A DNA stretch of 38,261 nt from Dimorphilus gyrociliatus (taxonomy: Eukaryota > Animalia > Annelida), in contig CAJFCJ010000005.1 in NCBI GenBank assembly GCA_904063045.1, positions 141,602 to 179,862 on the forward strand, read 5' to 3'. Below the pieces are notes generated by a model. The model made no database searches and was not told the DNA's origin. It saw only the letters and a program-made list of their open reading frames with translations. Below, one piece after another: positions 23,399 to 34,768 of the stretch. Position numbers and translations under genes: made by a program. Position 1 is the stretch's first letter, and each line of letters starts with the position of its first letter.

Positions 23399-24238
23399 TC
23401 AGTTTACTTCATTATTCATCTTTACAAAGAATATGGATCCTACGTTATCTATAGGATCTTTAACTGATTTTTGCAAGTAACAGATATCATTGGTTATGGT
23501 AAAAGCCGCACAGGTAACAGACTTTTTACATTCGTCGAAACACTGTTGAAAATCATCATTTTCAACCGTAATCCTTTTCAACTCTTCGCCTCGATTTGCT
23601 TCAAAGTTTCTCTTTTCAAAATCTTTATGATCGAAGAATGCTGTAAGGGAATAATTGTTTTTGTATATTTAACGAGAAGAAAACTGGTAAAGAGTGGACC
23701 TTTTTTATCTTTAATATAGAAAACGTTGTGGGGTCGGGAAGTAAACTCTTCGTAAGATTTAATCTTATCTTTCAACCAGCACATTTTCCTTACAGTATTG
23801 AATGAGAATGAAACGCAATTGGATAGAGTATTGCAGGTATTTACGCAACGATCTAGAAGGGTATTGTTAATAGTTTTAATATCATCACCAGCCGAGCATA
23901 GTTGATCGACAGCAAAGTAATTTTTAGCAATAACTGAAATATAATTGAATTAATAGAAGAAACAATTGACAATATTTTTATATAATTACTATTTTCGTGT
24001 CTGATGAAAAGACTTATGTCATTGTTTGGTTGTTGTAGTGATTTATCAAGACTATCATGTAAGTAGCACCTTTGCGTCTTTTCGTCAAACGTAATTGCCT
24101 TTGACATATACGACCTTTGAGCGTAGACCATACAAGCGTTAAGGTTTGAAACTCTATAAACTGCAATATGCTTAGTGATTTCCGTCTTTGGAACTTTTGT
24201 AAATCCAAAATATTCATCGTCAGCTAAAGTTAGAAAAG
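23399..24238 (-). CDS. Multi-exon PAN/apple-domain protein (about 3 modules; 5' end unresolved)
   Basis: Repeated C-x3-C..C-x2-[FI]T/S..CYL pattern: QCFDECKKSVTCAAFTITNDICYLQK, RCVNTCNTLSNCVSFSFNTVRKMCWLK, ACMVYAQ..KAITFDEKTQRCYLH. Joined by short GT-AG introns. Confidence 0.72.
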
Positions 24239-24530
24239 GTAAGTAGTTTAATTATAAAATATAGATATGTAAATATTTTCCATGATTACATTTGGCGTAT
24301 TGAAATATTCCAATTATTACAAAAATACCAAGTTTAATGAAAAGTTCCATATTCAATATTGTTGAAATTTGAATAGTTTTTAAAAAGTGAGATTTCTTAG
24401 TTATGCATTTTATGTTTGCATTATATATATATATACATTTTGAACGTTCAAAAAACTATTAAACAGCCGCTTTTTAACTAGCAAATAAACTTTTTTCTTT
24501 GTTTTCCCTCTGCGAATTTATTATACGATT

Positions 24531-26756
24531 ATTACTTTTGTATTTTATTCATTTATTACCTTTTTCAAAAATTTATTCTCATTTTTTGCAGTCGAAATTA
24601 AAACTTGAAACTAAAAGTTTCTCTGCAAAGGGTAAAACAATGTTATTGTTGTTCTTGAATAAAATTCCCATGTAAGTTAATGAATCGGGGTGTTTTTTGA
24701 CATAAAACGTCTTCTTCTAGGCTCAAGACAAACGAAAAGTAAAAATTTATTGAAAAAACGTATACATTTAACAGATCAATTATAATTTTATAAATAATTA
24801 AAGGAAGATTATAGGACTACATACTTTTCGACGCGCAATATGACTAATATGAATAAAATAGAAGTATTCTATAGAAAAACATATTTATTTGTGGTTATAT
24901 TTTTAAATATCATTTGACTGTGAATTGCTGACTAAATAATTCAATTCAAAACTTTATGAATATATATATGTTGTATGGTGTGGAATATTACACCGAAACG
25001 TTAATATTCATGGCAGTTTTTATATATATATAGTCGAATAGTTGACAGAATGGAAAGAAAATGTATAAATTAAAAGTATAAAAATGTGGATATTCTACTT
25101 TAGCAATGTAATGAATTGGAAGGTATCGTTAAAGTATCATTCTAACCTTCTCCCACTTTTAAATTTACTTCTATTTACTGTATTCATTTTACGATATAAG
25201 TGATATTTCTAACATTTCTTTCTCTCTATCTTTCTGTCTCTGTCTCTCTCTGTCCCATCGAATATCTTGCTGAAAAATATAAAAATTGAATTACTTTTAA
25301 AGAGTTTTTGCTTTTGATTGAAATTGTTACCATGACTGATATTATAAGATTTTACAACAGTTATCATTATCACATGACTCTAAAAACTAGAAAAAGATTA
25401 ATTTTCTTCTCAGTTCAAGCAAAAAATATATATGGATAGAGAGGGTTGGCAGACATTTTGTATTGTCGGCGAGTAGCCATTTTGATATCAACTTCCGTAA
25501 AGGTTGAAAAAACTTAAAAATAATTACTTTAATTAATTATTTTAATTAGTTTATTATTTTTTTTATTATGTTACGAAAAAAATATTTCGATAAATTTATC
25601 AGGGTTCGTGGTTTTTCTTATTGCGCACGCGCATTTATACATTGAACCCTGTGAAGAAATGCCTCATCTCTTTTCTGACCAACATGTTAATGAATTAAAA
25701 GACTTATTCGAAATAAAAATTTCAGAAGGTTTAAAGTTGGAAAGATGTTTGTCTAAGGATGCAGTTTATCTTGATACTTTAAGAATAAGAAATGACTTTG
25801 AGCAGCATTTTTATGAAAAGACAATTGAACGTTTCAATAAAATTCAACAGCTAAGGGAACAAACCTTCGGAAAATGTGGAAAAATATTTTTACAATGTTC
25901 TATTGAAAGACACAGCACGAAATGTCTATTTCGCTTGTTCGGGTGTTGTACAAATTTGGGTGAGAATCATAGAACAAGTTACCTCATCGAGGTTGAGGTT
26001 AAAGAACCAAAACAAATAACGTACGAGTACTTGATGAGCCTGCTCGATAGGGAAAACATCACTCTCAACGTAGTAGGTATCTCTACGTTTGGCGATAGAG
26101 ATTTGGATTTTGATACTCATCACTTTCCAAAGGTTGATGTAATTGTCCCTCTTAGTTGCTGCTTAATGAGGGACATTGATAAAAACCCGTTTGGAAATGT
26201 TTTAGAAACACTCTACGTATATGCAAAGAGGGAATTAAACATACCCGAACCACAGCCCTCTCCAGGACATCGATACTACATTCAGGAATTGGGTAACTAT
26301 CTGACACAAATTCTGGCTAGCATTGATTCAGTCACTACTACACTAATCAAAAAATATATGGGTCTGATTGAGATCTTGATAAGCATATCACACGTCTATA
26401 CTGAAGCCTATAGACAAAATAAGTTGGGATATTTTGTGGAGAATATACCAAATATCCGTCAACAATTGACAACGCAAAACGGGTATTTTGAGGAGACACT
26501 GCAATTTTTGTCTGATGAAAACTGGGGGATGTACGAAGAATTATGCAGAACATATCCATGGTTGCCATTTCGACCTCCGTACATGAATAGAGATCGAGCA
26601 ATAAATCTAATGTCGTTCAACAGTCCGGAAGAGTTCAAATTAACCGAACAGTATTTTTTCTCAGATCTCTCGGCCAACGAACAATAATAAAATGTTCTTG
26701 AGAGCCAACTGAGATATACACTTGACAAGTTCTCTTCTGAATAGTTAAATCCTTAC
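24531..26756 (+). repeat. Inverted duplication, left arm (~2.23 kb)
   Basis: Reverse complement of 34769-36998. Confidence 0.96.
25659..26687 (+). CDS. Orphan family member A (342 aa from MPHLF), single coding exon, function unknown
   Basis: Long open frame with three paralogs in the window. The ATG at 25659 aligns with the ATG at 35864 in copy D. Confidence 0.85.
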   Translation: MPHLFSDQHVNELKDLFEIKISEGLKLERCLSKDAVYLDTLRIRNDFEQHFYEKTIERFNKIQQLREQTFGKCGKIFLQCSIERHSTKCLFRLFGCCTNLGENHRTSYLIEVEVKEPKQITYEYLMSLLDRENITLNVVGISTFGDRDLDFDTHHFPKVDVIVPLSCCLMRDIDKNPFGNVLETLYVYAKRELNIPEPQPSPGHRYYIQELGNYLTQILASIDSVTTTLIKKYMGLIEILISISHVYTEAYRQNKLGYFVENIPNIRQQLTTQNGYFEETLQFLSDENWGMYEELCRTYPWLPFRPPYMNRDRAINLMSFNSPEEFKLTEQYFFSDLSANEQ

Positions 26757-27329
26757 GTTTATCCATACTTTTGATAATAAAAAGATAATATAAATTAGCT
26801 TGTAGTCTGCTTAATTACTCATTCAAGACTTAGCAAACATAACATAACGATTGTTTAGGTTAATTAGATTGAAATCTTCCTAAAACATAAACCTGACAAA
26901 GTAAACGGCCCCCACTTTTGATTTGTCCAGCATCTCATCTTCCTTTTCGTCCATTGCTAATTCTTTCCCCTTCTTCGGCTCAGGAAGGAATTCAGGTTAT
27001 GTGTTGCCACTTATCCTTGGAAGTGTATTGCTTTTTTTTCATCAGAAAACGAAGAAGCAGATATCCCAAACATGTACTCCGAGCACACGTGAGGGATCAG
27101 AAAGTTACGTAGTAAGGAGTAGTTTCAGAAGCTCAAGTACGCGAAGCATATCCTCTGGAAAGAGGAAGAGGAACAAAAATGACTAGGTGGAAGTGTGAAT
27201 GGTGAAGAAGAAGAAAGACAGATGCCACTATCGAAAAGGGACAAGACTCCACAAAGACAACGTGCGAGTACTGCACAGAATATGAGTACATTTAATAGTA
27301 TGGCAAATATTCAAGACATTCAAATCCAT

Positions 27330-27765
27330 GGCAAGGGAGAATGAAAAAATTGAATGGAGCTTCATGACACCAAAGACCCTCATCAGGGAAAAATATGAGA
27401 GGTTGCCATAAAGGCAGCCAAGAACCAAGCAAAGCCAACATCCACAACCATTGGTCCCATCAAAAGTGTCCGACGATGCTCACATTGGTGGAAAAGGTGA
27501 TAAACTGTAAACCACTACAATAGCCTCCTGGATGACCTCAATCAGGTGTTGGTAACACCCAATCCATAAGCAGATGTCAAAAAGAAATACAGTGGAACGA
27601 GGGAAAAAAGGATTGAACTGGAGGGAGAGGCGGTGGAATGAGATAGAAAGACAATGGTGCAAGATATAAATTTATAGTTGGTGAGCCGGCAAAGGAAAAC
27701 TGAAGGAGGAAGAAAGCTACAGATTGGAGACAAAGTACTCATATCAGATAAAATGAAGGCAAGAC
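27330..27765 (+). mobile_element. Degenerate BEL/Pao integrase C-terminus / DUF5641-like remnant
   Basis: Broken frames give ENEKIEWSFMTPK, MLTLVEKVINCKPL, LVTPNP, WNEIERQW and KLQIGDKVLIS, in the same order as the element at 8367-9000. Confidence 0.62.
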
Positions 27766-28071
27766 AAAGATGAGTGAGTGGCTTTAATTAAGTTAGAGAA
27801 GTAAAAAGCTATTCATACTGTATACTGTATTGCTGTAAGTATTAGTAGTATTATAAGTATTAGTATATAGTGCCGTATATCAAGTTTGCGAAAATGTGGA
27901 TATGTCATAGAGGTATTTCAGGGTTAACCCTTTCTTCTCACATTAGGGTTCATGTAATTAATTTTCTCAGTGGAATACTTGAAGAGCAACGCTCATGAAT
28001 GGCAAATATGAAACGAGAGAGATGTTGATGGCCGAACTAAGCCACGAAGTGGCAAATAGACAAAGGCTGTA

Positions 28072-28335
28072 ATGGAGAGGAGTTACGACCTGGCGGACAG
28101 AAAATCACCTACGACCCTGATAATGTTCGAAGGGGAGATGGATATGTTTGACAGCTGCTTGGTAAGACATGAAAGTATCCTATCGCACTACAGTGGAGTG
28201 AACGATGGGGAAAAGTTCGAATTATTGTATGCTCAATTGGGTAACAACATAAAAAAAGAGGTAAAAAGATTTCGACATTCCCCAAAGGACGGCTACAAAA
28301 GCGCAATGAGATTCTTAAGAACATTGGGAACTTAA
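28072..28335 (+). mobile_element. BEL/Pao gag (DUF1759-like) fragment
   Basis: MFEGEMDMF..NDGEKFELLYAQL..GYKSAMRFL fits the F.G..W..F / D.EK...L...L / Y..A...L pattern of BEL gag. Confidence 0.7.
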
Positions 28336-28501
28336 GTTGAAGTGTACAGATGTGCGAAGTGGTGGACCAGAAAGAGTAGTAGGCTAACAACACGAAAGAA
28401 GAAGGGAACGTTGCTCAGAGGAGAGAGATCTGGAATGCTACTCCTTCGACAAGCCTCACCCTAACCCTTTTAATTTAATTAGGCCGTTGGTATAGGGTTA
28501 G

Positions 28502-29103
28502 AATGATTAATGATTATTTCTCGTGAATAAAAAACTAACAAAACTAACCGTTCTACCGTATTACATTATTAGTAGTCATACGACCAAAATATAGATCTCT
28601 CAACTGGTTTTTCTAACCCTAACACTAACCCTAACCCTAACTCGAAGATCTAACCCTGTTTTAGAATTATCAGATTGCTTAAACGGAATTTTCCGCTCAA
28701 TTCTTTTACGTAAAAAAAACTTTTCTGACTGCGTAGTAATTTTACGAAAGATTAGTGTATGGTATAAATGCACCCAGTTTTCTCCTCTCATTTCTCCTCT
28801 CTCACTAATGATTAATGATTATTTCTCGTGAATAAAAAACTAACAAAACTAACCGTGCTACCGTATTACATTATTAGTAGTCATACGACCAAAATATAGA
28901 TCTCTCAACTGGTTTTTCTAACCCTAACACTAACCCTAACCCTAACCCTAACTCGAAGATCTAACCCTGTTTTAGAATTATCAGATTGCTTAAACGGAAT
29001 TTTCCGCTCAATTCTTTTACGTAAAAAAAACTTTTCTGACTGCGTAGTAATTTTACGAAAGATTAGTGTATGGTATAAATGCACCCAGTTTTCTCCTCTC
29101 ATT
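28502..29103. repeat. Tandem duplication, period 305 bp (28502-28792 and 28807-29103), each unit with a short (TAACCC)n tract
   Basis: Units differ by one substitution and one extra TAACCC in unit 2. Confidence 0.95.
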
Positions 29104-29114
29104 CCAAAACCGGA

Positions 29115-30128
29115 ATGTCCGACCGATTTACCTTCACATTAGAAACTTTACTTTGTTCTAAAATTGCTTCACCTTTAAGCCTGGAAAAATGTTTATCTGA
29201 AGATGGAGTTTACCTTGATACTTTGCAAGCAAGAAAAGACTTTAAAGAGCACTTTTATGAAAAGTCAATTGGGTGCTATCACCGAATTCGAAGGCTAAGG
29301 ATGGAAAATTTAGGAAAATGTGGAAAAGTATTTCTACAATGCTCTATTGAAAGACACTTAACAAATTGTCTATTTCGCTTGTTCGGGTATTGTACTCATC
29401 GGAATTCCAGAAAATGTTACCTTATTGAGACAAAGATTTTAAAGCCGAAAGAAATAACGTACAATTATTTAATGAAACTACTCGATAGAGAAAACATCAC
29501 TCTTAACGTAGTTGGTATCTCTACATTTGGTGATGAAAAATTAGGTTTTGATACTCACCACTTTCCAAAGATTGACCTAATTGTTTCTCTTAGTTGTTGT
29601 CTAGTGGAGGACATTAATAACAACAATTTTGCAAATGTTCTAAAGAAGCTATACGTATGTGGAAAGAGGGAATTAAACATACGTGAACCACAGCTCTCTA
29701 GAGGACTTGTATTCTGTATTCCAGAATTGGGCGACTATCTAATAAAAATAAGATATAGTAACGATCCAAAGCTTGCTGCCATGATTGAAAACTACTTGGG
29801 TGTCATTAACATACTGATTTACATATCATGTGTCTATACTCAAGCCTGTAGACATAATAAGTTGGGATATTTCGTGGAGAATATTCCAAATATCCGTCAA
29901 CTAATGAAAACGCAAAAAGGACATTTTGAGGAGACGCTGCAATTTTTGTCTGATGAAAACTGGAGGATGTATGTAGAACTATGCAGAACATATCCATGGT
30001 TGCCATTTCGACCTCCATACATGAATAGATATCGAGCAAGAAGTCTCCTGTCATTCAACAACCCGGAAGAGGTTGAATTGACGGAACATTACTTCTTCAA
30101 AGATATTCCGACCGATACAGTTGACTAA
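29115..30128 (+). CDS. Orphan family member B (337 aa from MSDRF)
   Basis: Intact ORF, collinear with member A (e.g. LLDRENITLNVVGISTFG, ELCRTYPWLPFRPPYMNR). The 3' flank ~30245-30330 is also homologous to 26810-26895. Confidence 0.87.
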   Translation: MSDRFTFTLETLLCSKIASPLSLEKCLSEDGVYLDTLQARKDFKEHFYEKSIGCYHRIRRLRMENLGKCGKVFLQCSIERHLTNCLFRLFGYCTHRNSRKCYLIETKILKPKEITYNYLMKLLDRENITLNVVGISTFGDEKLGFDTHHFPKIDLIVSLSCCLVEDINNNNFANVLKKLYVCGKRELNIREPQLSRGLVFCIPELGDYLIKIRYSNDPKLAAMIENYLGVINILIYISCVYTQACRHNKLGYFVENIPNIRQLMKTQKGHFEETLQFLSDENWRMYVELCRTYPWLPFRPPYMNRYRARSLLSFNNPEEVELTEHYFFKDIPTDTVD

Positions 30129-30597
30129 TTTTCTTCTTAACAGTTAAATTTTTTACGTTAATGCTAAATTCTTCATAATGATGAAATTATGCAAATTTAT
30201 CCAATTACTTGAACAAGTTTCAATTAAAATTAGTTTGAAATTCGTCTAATTACTCATTCAAGATTTATGAAAGATGGCATAATAATCGTTAAAGTTAATA
30301 CATTGGAATCTTCCTAAAACTTAAGCCTAGCGACTGCATGATTTGAACATGAAAATGTCCGTGGAATTAAGACACACCCTCTATTCTATTATTGCATAGC
30401 TATTGTTAAGTTTTTTTTTATATCTATCCGGCTAGCTCGTATTAGGTGACACATATTTACGTAATATTCAAGCTGAAATATTCTTCGATATTCTAAATTG
30501 TAGACGAGCGATTTAAGAATGTATTTTCCTTAATTGATCGTATGATATATAGCAATTTTAATTGGTGGTATTTGCGGAGAAGATAAGAGTAAAGCTT

Positions 30598-31022
30598 ATA
30601 CTCTCAAACTGTTTAGTGAGTATTATTTTCAACTCTTTCTTTTTGCCTTTTTTGTTCTACGAGTATTTATGACTGAGGACATTTTTAAAGCTAAATCTTT
30701 ACTTGTTTCGCGTAGCTAAAAATCATTTAGCAAACTTGCATTCCTTTTATTCAATAAAGACGTTAACATCATTATAGCTATTGATACAATAGATTATCTC
30801 ATTACATACCAATTGCCACTTTCAGTTGACTTGAAAGCTGATAAGGCTTGTCCTGTTCCCTCTACTGTTTTCAATGTTAATGATTAGAATTATGATAAAA
30901 TGAAGAGTAGCCTAATAATAAAAAGAAACTGCAAAATTGCTGCTCCACGGTATAATAAACAAGAAATCAGAATCAAAGTTTTTTGACTTTTCCTTCATAG
31001 AATTTGTTTCTAAAAATCTAGA
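30598..31022 (-). repeat. Dispersed repeat, diverged inverted copy of 37010-37258
   Basis: Shared blocks: ttttagaaacaaattctatgaaggaaaagtc.aaaaactttgattctg; tagctacgc.aaacaagtaaagat; cataaatactcgtagaa; actcactaaa.agtttgagagt. Confidence 0.75.
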
Positions 31023-31900
31023 TGAACGTACTAACCTAATTCCCTATTTCTCATATCAGCAGTAATTAACTTGGAGGGTTGGATGGTATTTATTAAATGA
31101 ACGGCTCTATTCATTATTTTATTATTTTCAATAATCCTTTGTTCACCTGCAATTCATTTATTAATAGGTCAAATTCAATAATCAATAAATATGATTAGTC
31201 ATAAATACGTACCATCGATAAACACAATGTGATCTCCTTTCGGCTGTAAAACTTGTTTTACGTGCCTCCAACTGCCACCGGCGTTTCCGTTTCTTAATCT
31301 CGGTGGTCCTATTTCTGGATAAGTTGGTGAAATATTTAATTTATTCCATTGTAAACTCGATTTGTGAGCATCGTCGTAACCGCCAGATTTGAAATAATGA
31401 AGATGCGTTGCTCCGTCTTTTGTATTCTATTCATTTGTTAATTATAAATTATACTGCTCTATTAGAATGTATTATTCAAATAGTTATATACTTACAACAA
31501 CGGGATTGCCCAATGGATGGGTACCATTTGAACTCTTTTTCGAATACCGAAATTCGGTCATAGGCCTTCTAACTTGGTCGTCACTTTCGAAATTTGTTGC
31601 TCTGGATAACGTACCATCACATCCTATTCGTCGTCTTGCTCCAAGATTTCTATACCTTCCTTTTCTAGCTTCATCGTAGAGATTAATAGGATCGTGTGGA
31701 ACGAAGTCATTCCACCTCGTCATCCAAGTGTAGGTAGTTCTGTTGTAATAGAAAAAAGAGCCAAATAACCTAAGGGAATAGCTGATCACGTGACGAACTA
31801 CCTGGATCTAGCATTGTCCTTTCTCGGATGATACACATTCTTCTGAAAGTCTAGAGACATTACTGATTTTAGTAAATAAAAACTAAAGGTACGTTCAGTG
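30810..31900 (-). CDS. Multi-exon gene of unknown function (possible LamG/ConA-like C-terminal motif); ends unresolved
   Basis: Phase-consistent GT-AG splicing joins KNVYHPRKDNARSR / TTYTWMTRW..LGNPV / NTKDGATHLHYF..GSWRHVKQVLQPKGDHIVFIDG / EQRII.. The W.HV....F.DG motif is only suggestive of LamG. Confidence 0.6.
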
Positions 31901-32364
31901 TCTATTAGCAACTCGTCCTCAGCAATTGCAGGCTTTGATAAATCAATACTTTGGCCAAACGGCATACAAAGAAATAAATACAACAAGCGCTTTCAATAAA
32001 CACTTCGGATTTTGCTATCTCAAAGTCATCAAATAATCATGTTCAATTTCCATTTGAACAGCAATCCAAAGTATTCAGGCCCGGTAATTCTTTAAAGAAA
32101 ATCATATGACGAATATTGTTGGCTTAAGATCCTTCGCAAAAGAGAGCCAAGAGTCTTACTCTCCTGAATATACGGGTAACTATAATCTATGTTTATATTA
32201 TTATCTATAGGAAAATATTTCACACTTCATTAGCTCTTTTCAGACATAAATTGTATCGTAGTTACACTCAAGGGATTTATATAAATGTCTATCTATTAAT
32301 ATATTTGACAATTGTTCATCAAACTAAATTCTATAAATTATATGTCAATGTATTTATTTTCTAG

Positions 32365-33332
32365 AACAAAGTCCAAGGGATTTCCTCTGCAGAGAAGTTT
32401 CAAAATATGGACTTGACATATTGAATACTCCGATTTGTATAGCCAAACTGCAGCACTTGAACACAACACAGGAAGATTTTATTCAAGAATTTGATCAGGA
32501 TGCTGTAGTATTTCGCAATGAATATAAAGCAAAGACTAACAAACTCTTGAATCAGTCTTCTTCAGTATTCCTTATATGTACCATACAAACCATTGGAGAA
32601 CGGAATTTGCTGCTGATTTATGTCACTATTCCTCGATGCCAAACAAGCATACAGCGTCTCTTTGATGTTCGACTTCTAAGAAGCAGCGATAATATAACTC
32701 AAGTGGTTCAAGGAAGCATACATCCAATATACAAAAAAGTTATTGGCTATACAGTTCTCGGGAATAAACATTTCAAAATCAATCATCGCTTGCTGTACGT
32801 TGATATCAAAATGAAACTGGAATATAATTTTTACGTTGATATTATTAATATTCCCAGCCTCCGTCTATATGACTTAAATACACATTTAGAGAAAAAATGG
32901 GACATAAGTGAACCTAAATATTTTAAAGGGGATAAGCTGTTTATAAACACATTCGCCGATCATATCAATGAAGCTCAAAAGTATAATGACGAATTCTTGA
33001 GAAACTGGAAGAATGAAAACAGATCAACATTAAGAGTTATAGAGAAAGTATCAGAAGTATACTCCAGAATTTTAGACAGCAATCAACTGCAATATTTTAT
33101 TGAAAATATTGATAATATACGGTCGAAATTCCCGAATAAAATGTTTGAGATGTGCTATTCAGTATTAGAGGAAGATTTTAGCACTTTAGCGGAGTTGTGT
33201 GACAAGAACCCTAGGATTCCGTTTGGGGTTCGGCTAATGCCTCTATGTAATGTTGAACACTTGTTCTCATCGCAGATGATTGAAGGAGATAGGGAATTAT
33301 TAACCTTCATAAAGTTTAAATATGGAGCATAA
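32365..33332 (+). CDS. Orphan family member C (distant paralog); frame is open from a splice acceptor at 32364, so there is probably an upstream exon
   Basis: QLQYFIENIDNIRSKF..STLAELCDKNPRIPF aligns with KLGYFVENIPNIRQQL..MYEELCRTYPWLPF. VFLICTIQ aligns with IFLQCSIE, and VIGYTVLG with VVGISTFG. Confidence 0.78.
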
Positions 33333-33355
33333 TGCTGTATATCAAGGGCATTGAA

Positions 33356-34766
33356 CAAAGTGTGTTGTTATGTCTCGACTCCGCCCTCTTACTTGCCAGT
33401 CCAAAGAAAAAAAAGACTTATTAATATTTCTCTCCTAAGAGTGGGCTCCATTTCACTTCACATTAACAACTGTACTTTCCTTCCGTAGAGTTGTCGATAA
33501 GTACTGTACACGACAAAATTATAGGATTGAGGAGGTTGTATGCATACCCTTTGCCTTTTTTATTGCATTTAGCCTTCTTTCAAATAAAAGAACTTGAAAA
33601 TGTTGTTTTCTTTTTATTAATAAAATTAAAAATATAATAAATTTGAAAAGTTGAACTAAGAACTAACATCTAAGACTTTGCAGATTTATAGAAATCTTTA
33701 TCTGATATCTCTTCAAATTTTTTGTATTTTCTAAGACAAGATCAGCTTCTCTTTTTAACTCGTCTAAAAGATTCTAAAATGATTTTGCTGTTTCCAGCAC
33801 TTACATTTAACCTGTTTTGAAATCCTTCCACACCATTGTAGGCTCTTATGGCAACATCAAAAACAGACCATAATGAGCATGGCTATATTCTGTTTTAATT
33901 GCTTGGCCATTGCAAAAATTAACACTATTTCATTTTGATGTAATAAGTCACATTGGAGGAAGCCATCGGCAATAAAAGAATGATTATGTATAAACGCCAA
34001 AGATTCTGCTTCTTTTGGTCGATTTTTCCCTCTGCAATAATTAACAACCTGCTTTCAAATTGTAATTTTTGGAAAATTTGAACTTTATTCACATTGAAAC
34101 TTGTTCAAGTAATTAAAAAGACAAAGAACTATTACGATGTAATCTATAGTTCATATACAGTATATACTGATTATATTAGTATATTGATAAGTATGATTAA
34201 TAATAATTCAAATGTCATATTTTTTAATTTTCGACTAGTAACTTTCACAAAAAGGCAACATGATTCAAATGCTGTTAAGGTTGAGTTCATTGTTCAGTGT
34301 TGGCTGTTGCCAAGAACCTTGTTGAAGATCAGTTCTTCTACGATAACAAAACGATATAATTTACTGTATGTAACCGTATCAAACGGTTGCTGTATTCTAA
34401 TTGACTACTAATTGGTATCGATATAATCACGTGTGGATACACTTGATTACGTAACTACGAGATTGCATCTCGCGGTGAACGATTTCGAGATTTAACACTT
34501 TGTATACATAAATATATATATATATTGCCCCCAACCGTAATACTACATTTAACTCTGGAGATCTTGGAAGTTCTCCAACAAACCTAATAACGGGATGACA
34601 AAATAAAAAAGAACACAGTAGGTAAAACGCGATTCTAAAACAGTATACAAAGTACTGAACAAAACAAATTTGATTAATTATAAAATACTTCCAAATTAAC
34701 AAGTTTCAGTGTTTTTTTTGCTGGCAAGTAAAAGGGCGGAGCCGAGGCACAACAACACACTGTGTA
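33356..34766 (-). mobile_element. Non-autonomous Mutator-like element with ~60-bp imperfect terminal inverted repeats
   Basis: 33356-33415 is an imperfect reverse complement of 34706-34766. Interior minus strand reads PCSLWSVFDVAIRAYNGV and LKREADLV..LKRYQ, homologous to the MULE at 10950-11501. No TSD found. Confidence 0.62.
34320..34580 (-). mobile_element. Solo LTR of the BEL family seen at 8093-8336, with 5-bp TSD AACCT
   Basis: TGTTGAAGA...GTTCTCCAACA flanked by AACCT at 34315-34319 and 34581-34585. Shares blocks such as gtaaccgtatcaaacggttgctgtattctaa with the other LTR. Confidence 0.9.
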
Positions 34767-34768
34767 TG

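Noticed and set aside
26880-27330. Relatively GC-rich stretch with short ORFs (26918-27186)
   Set aside because: Probably more decayed retroelement, but no motif could be supported and no LTR delimited.
28600-29102. Twin 63/65-aa ORFs with RVRVRV
   Set aside because: Translation of TTAGGG tracts in the tandem repeat; no coding evidence.
34094-34702. ORFs 34094-34411 and 34427-34702
   Set aside because: They cross the solo-LTR boundaries and AT-rich DNA; no recognisable motifs.
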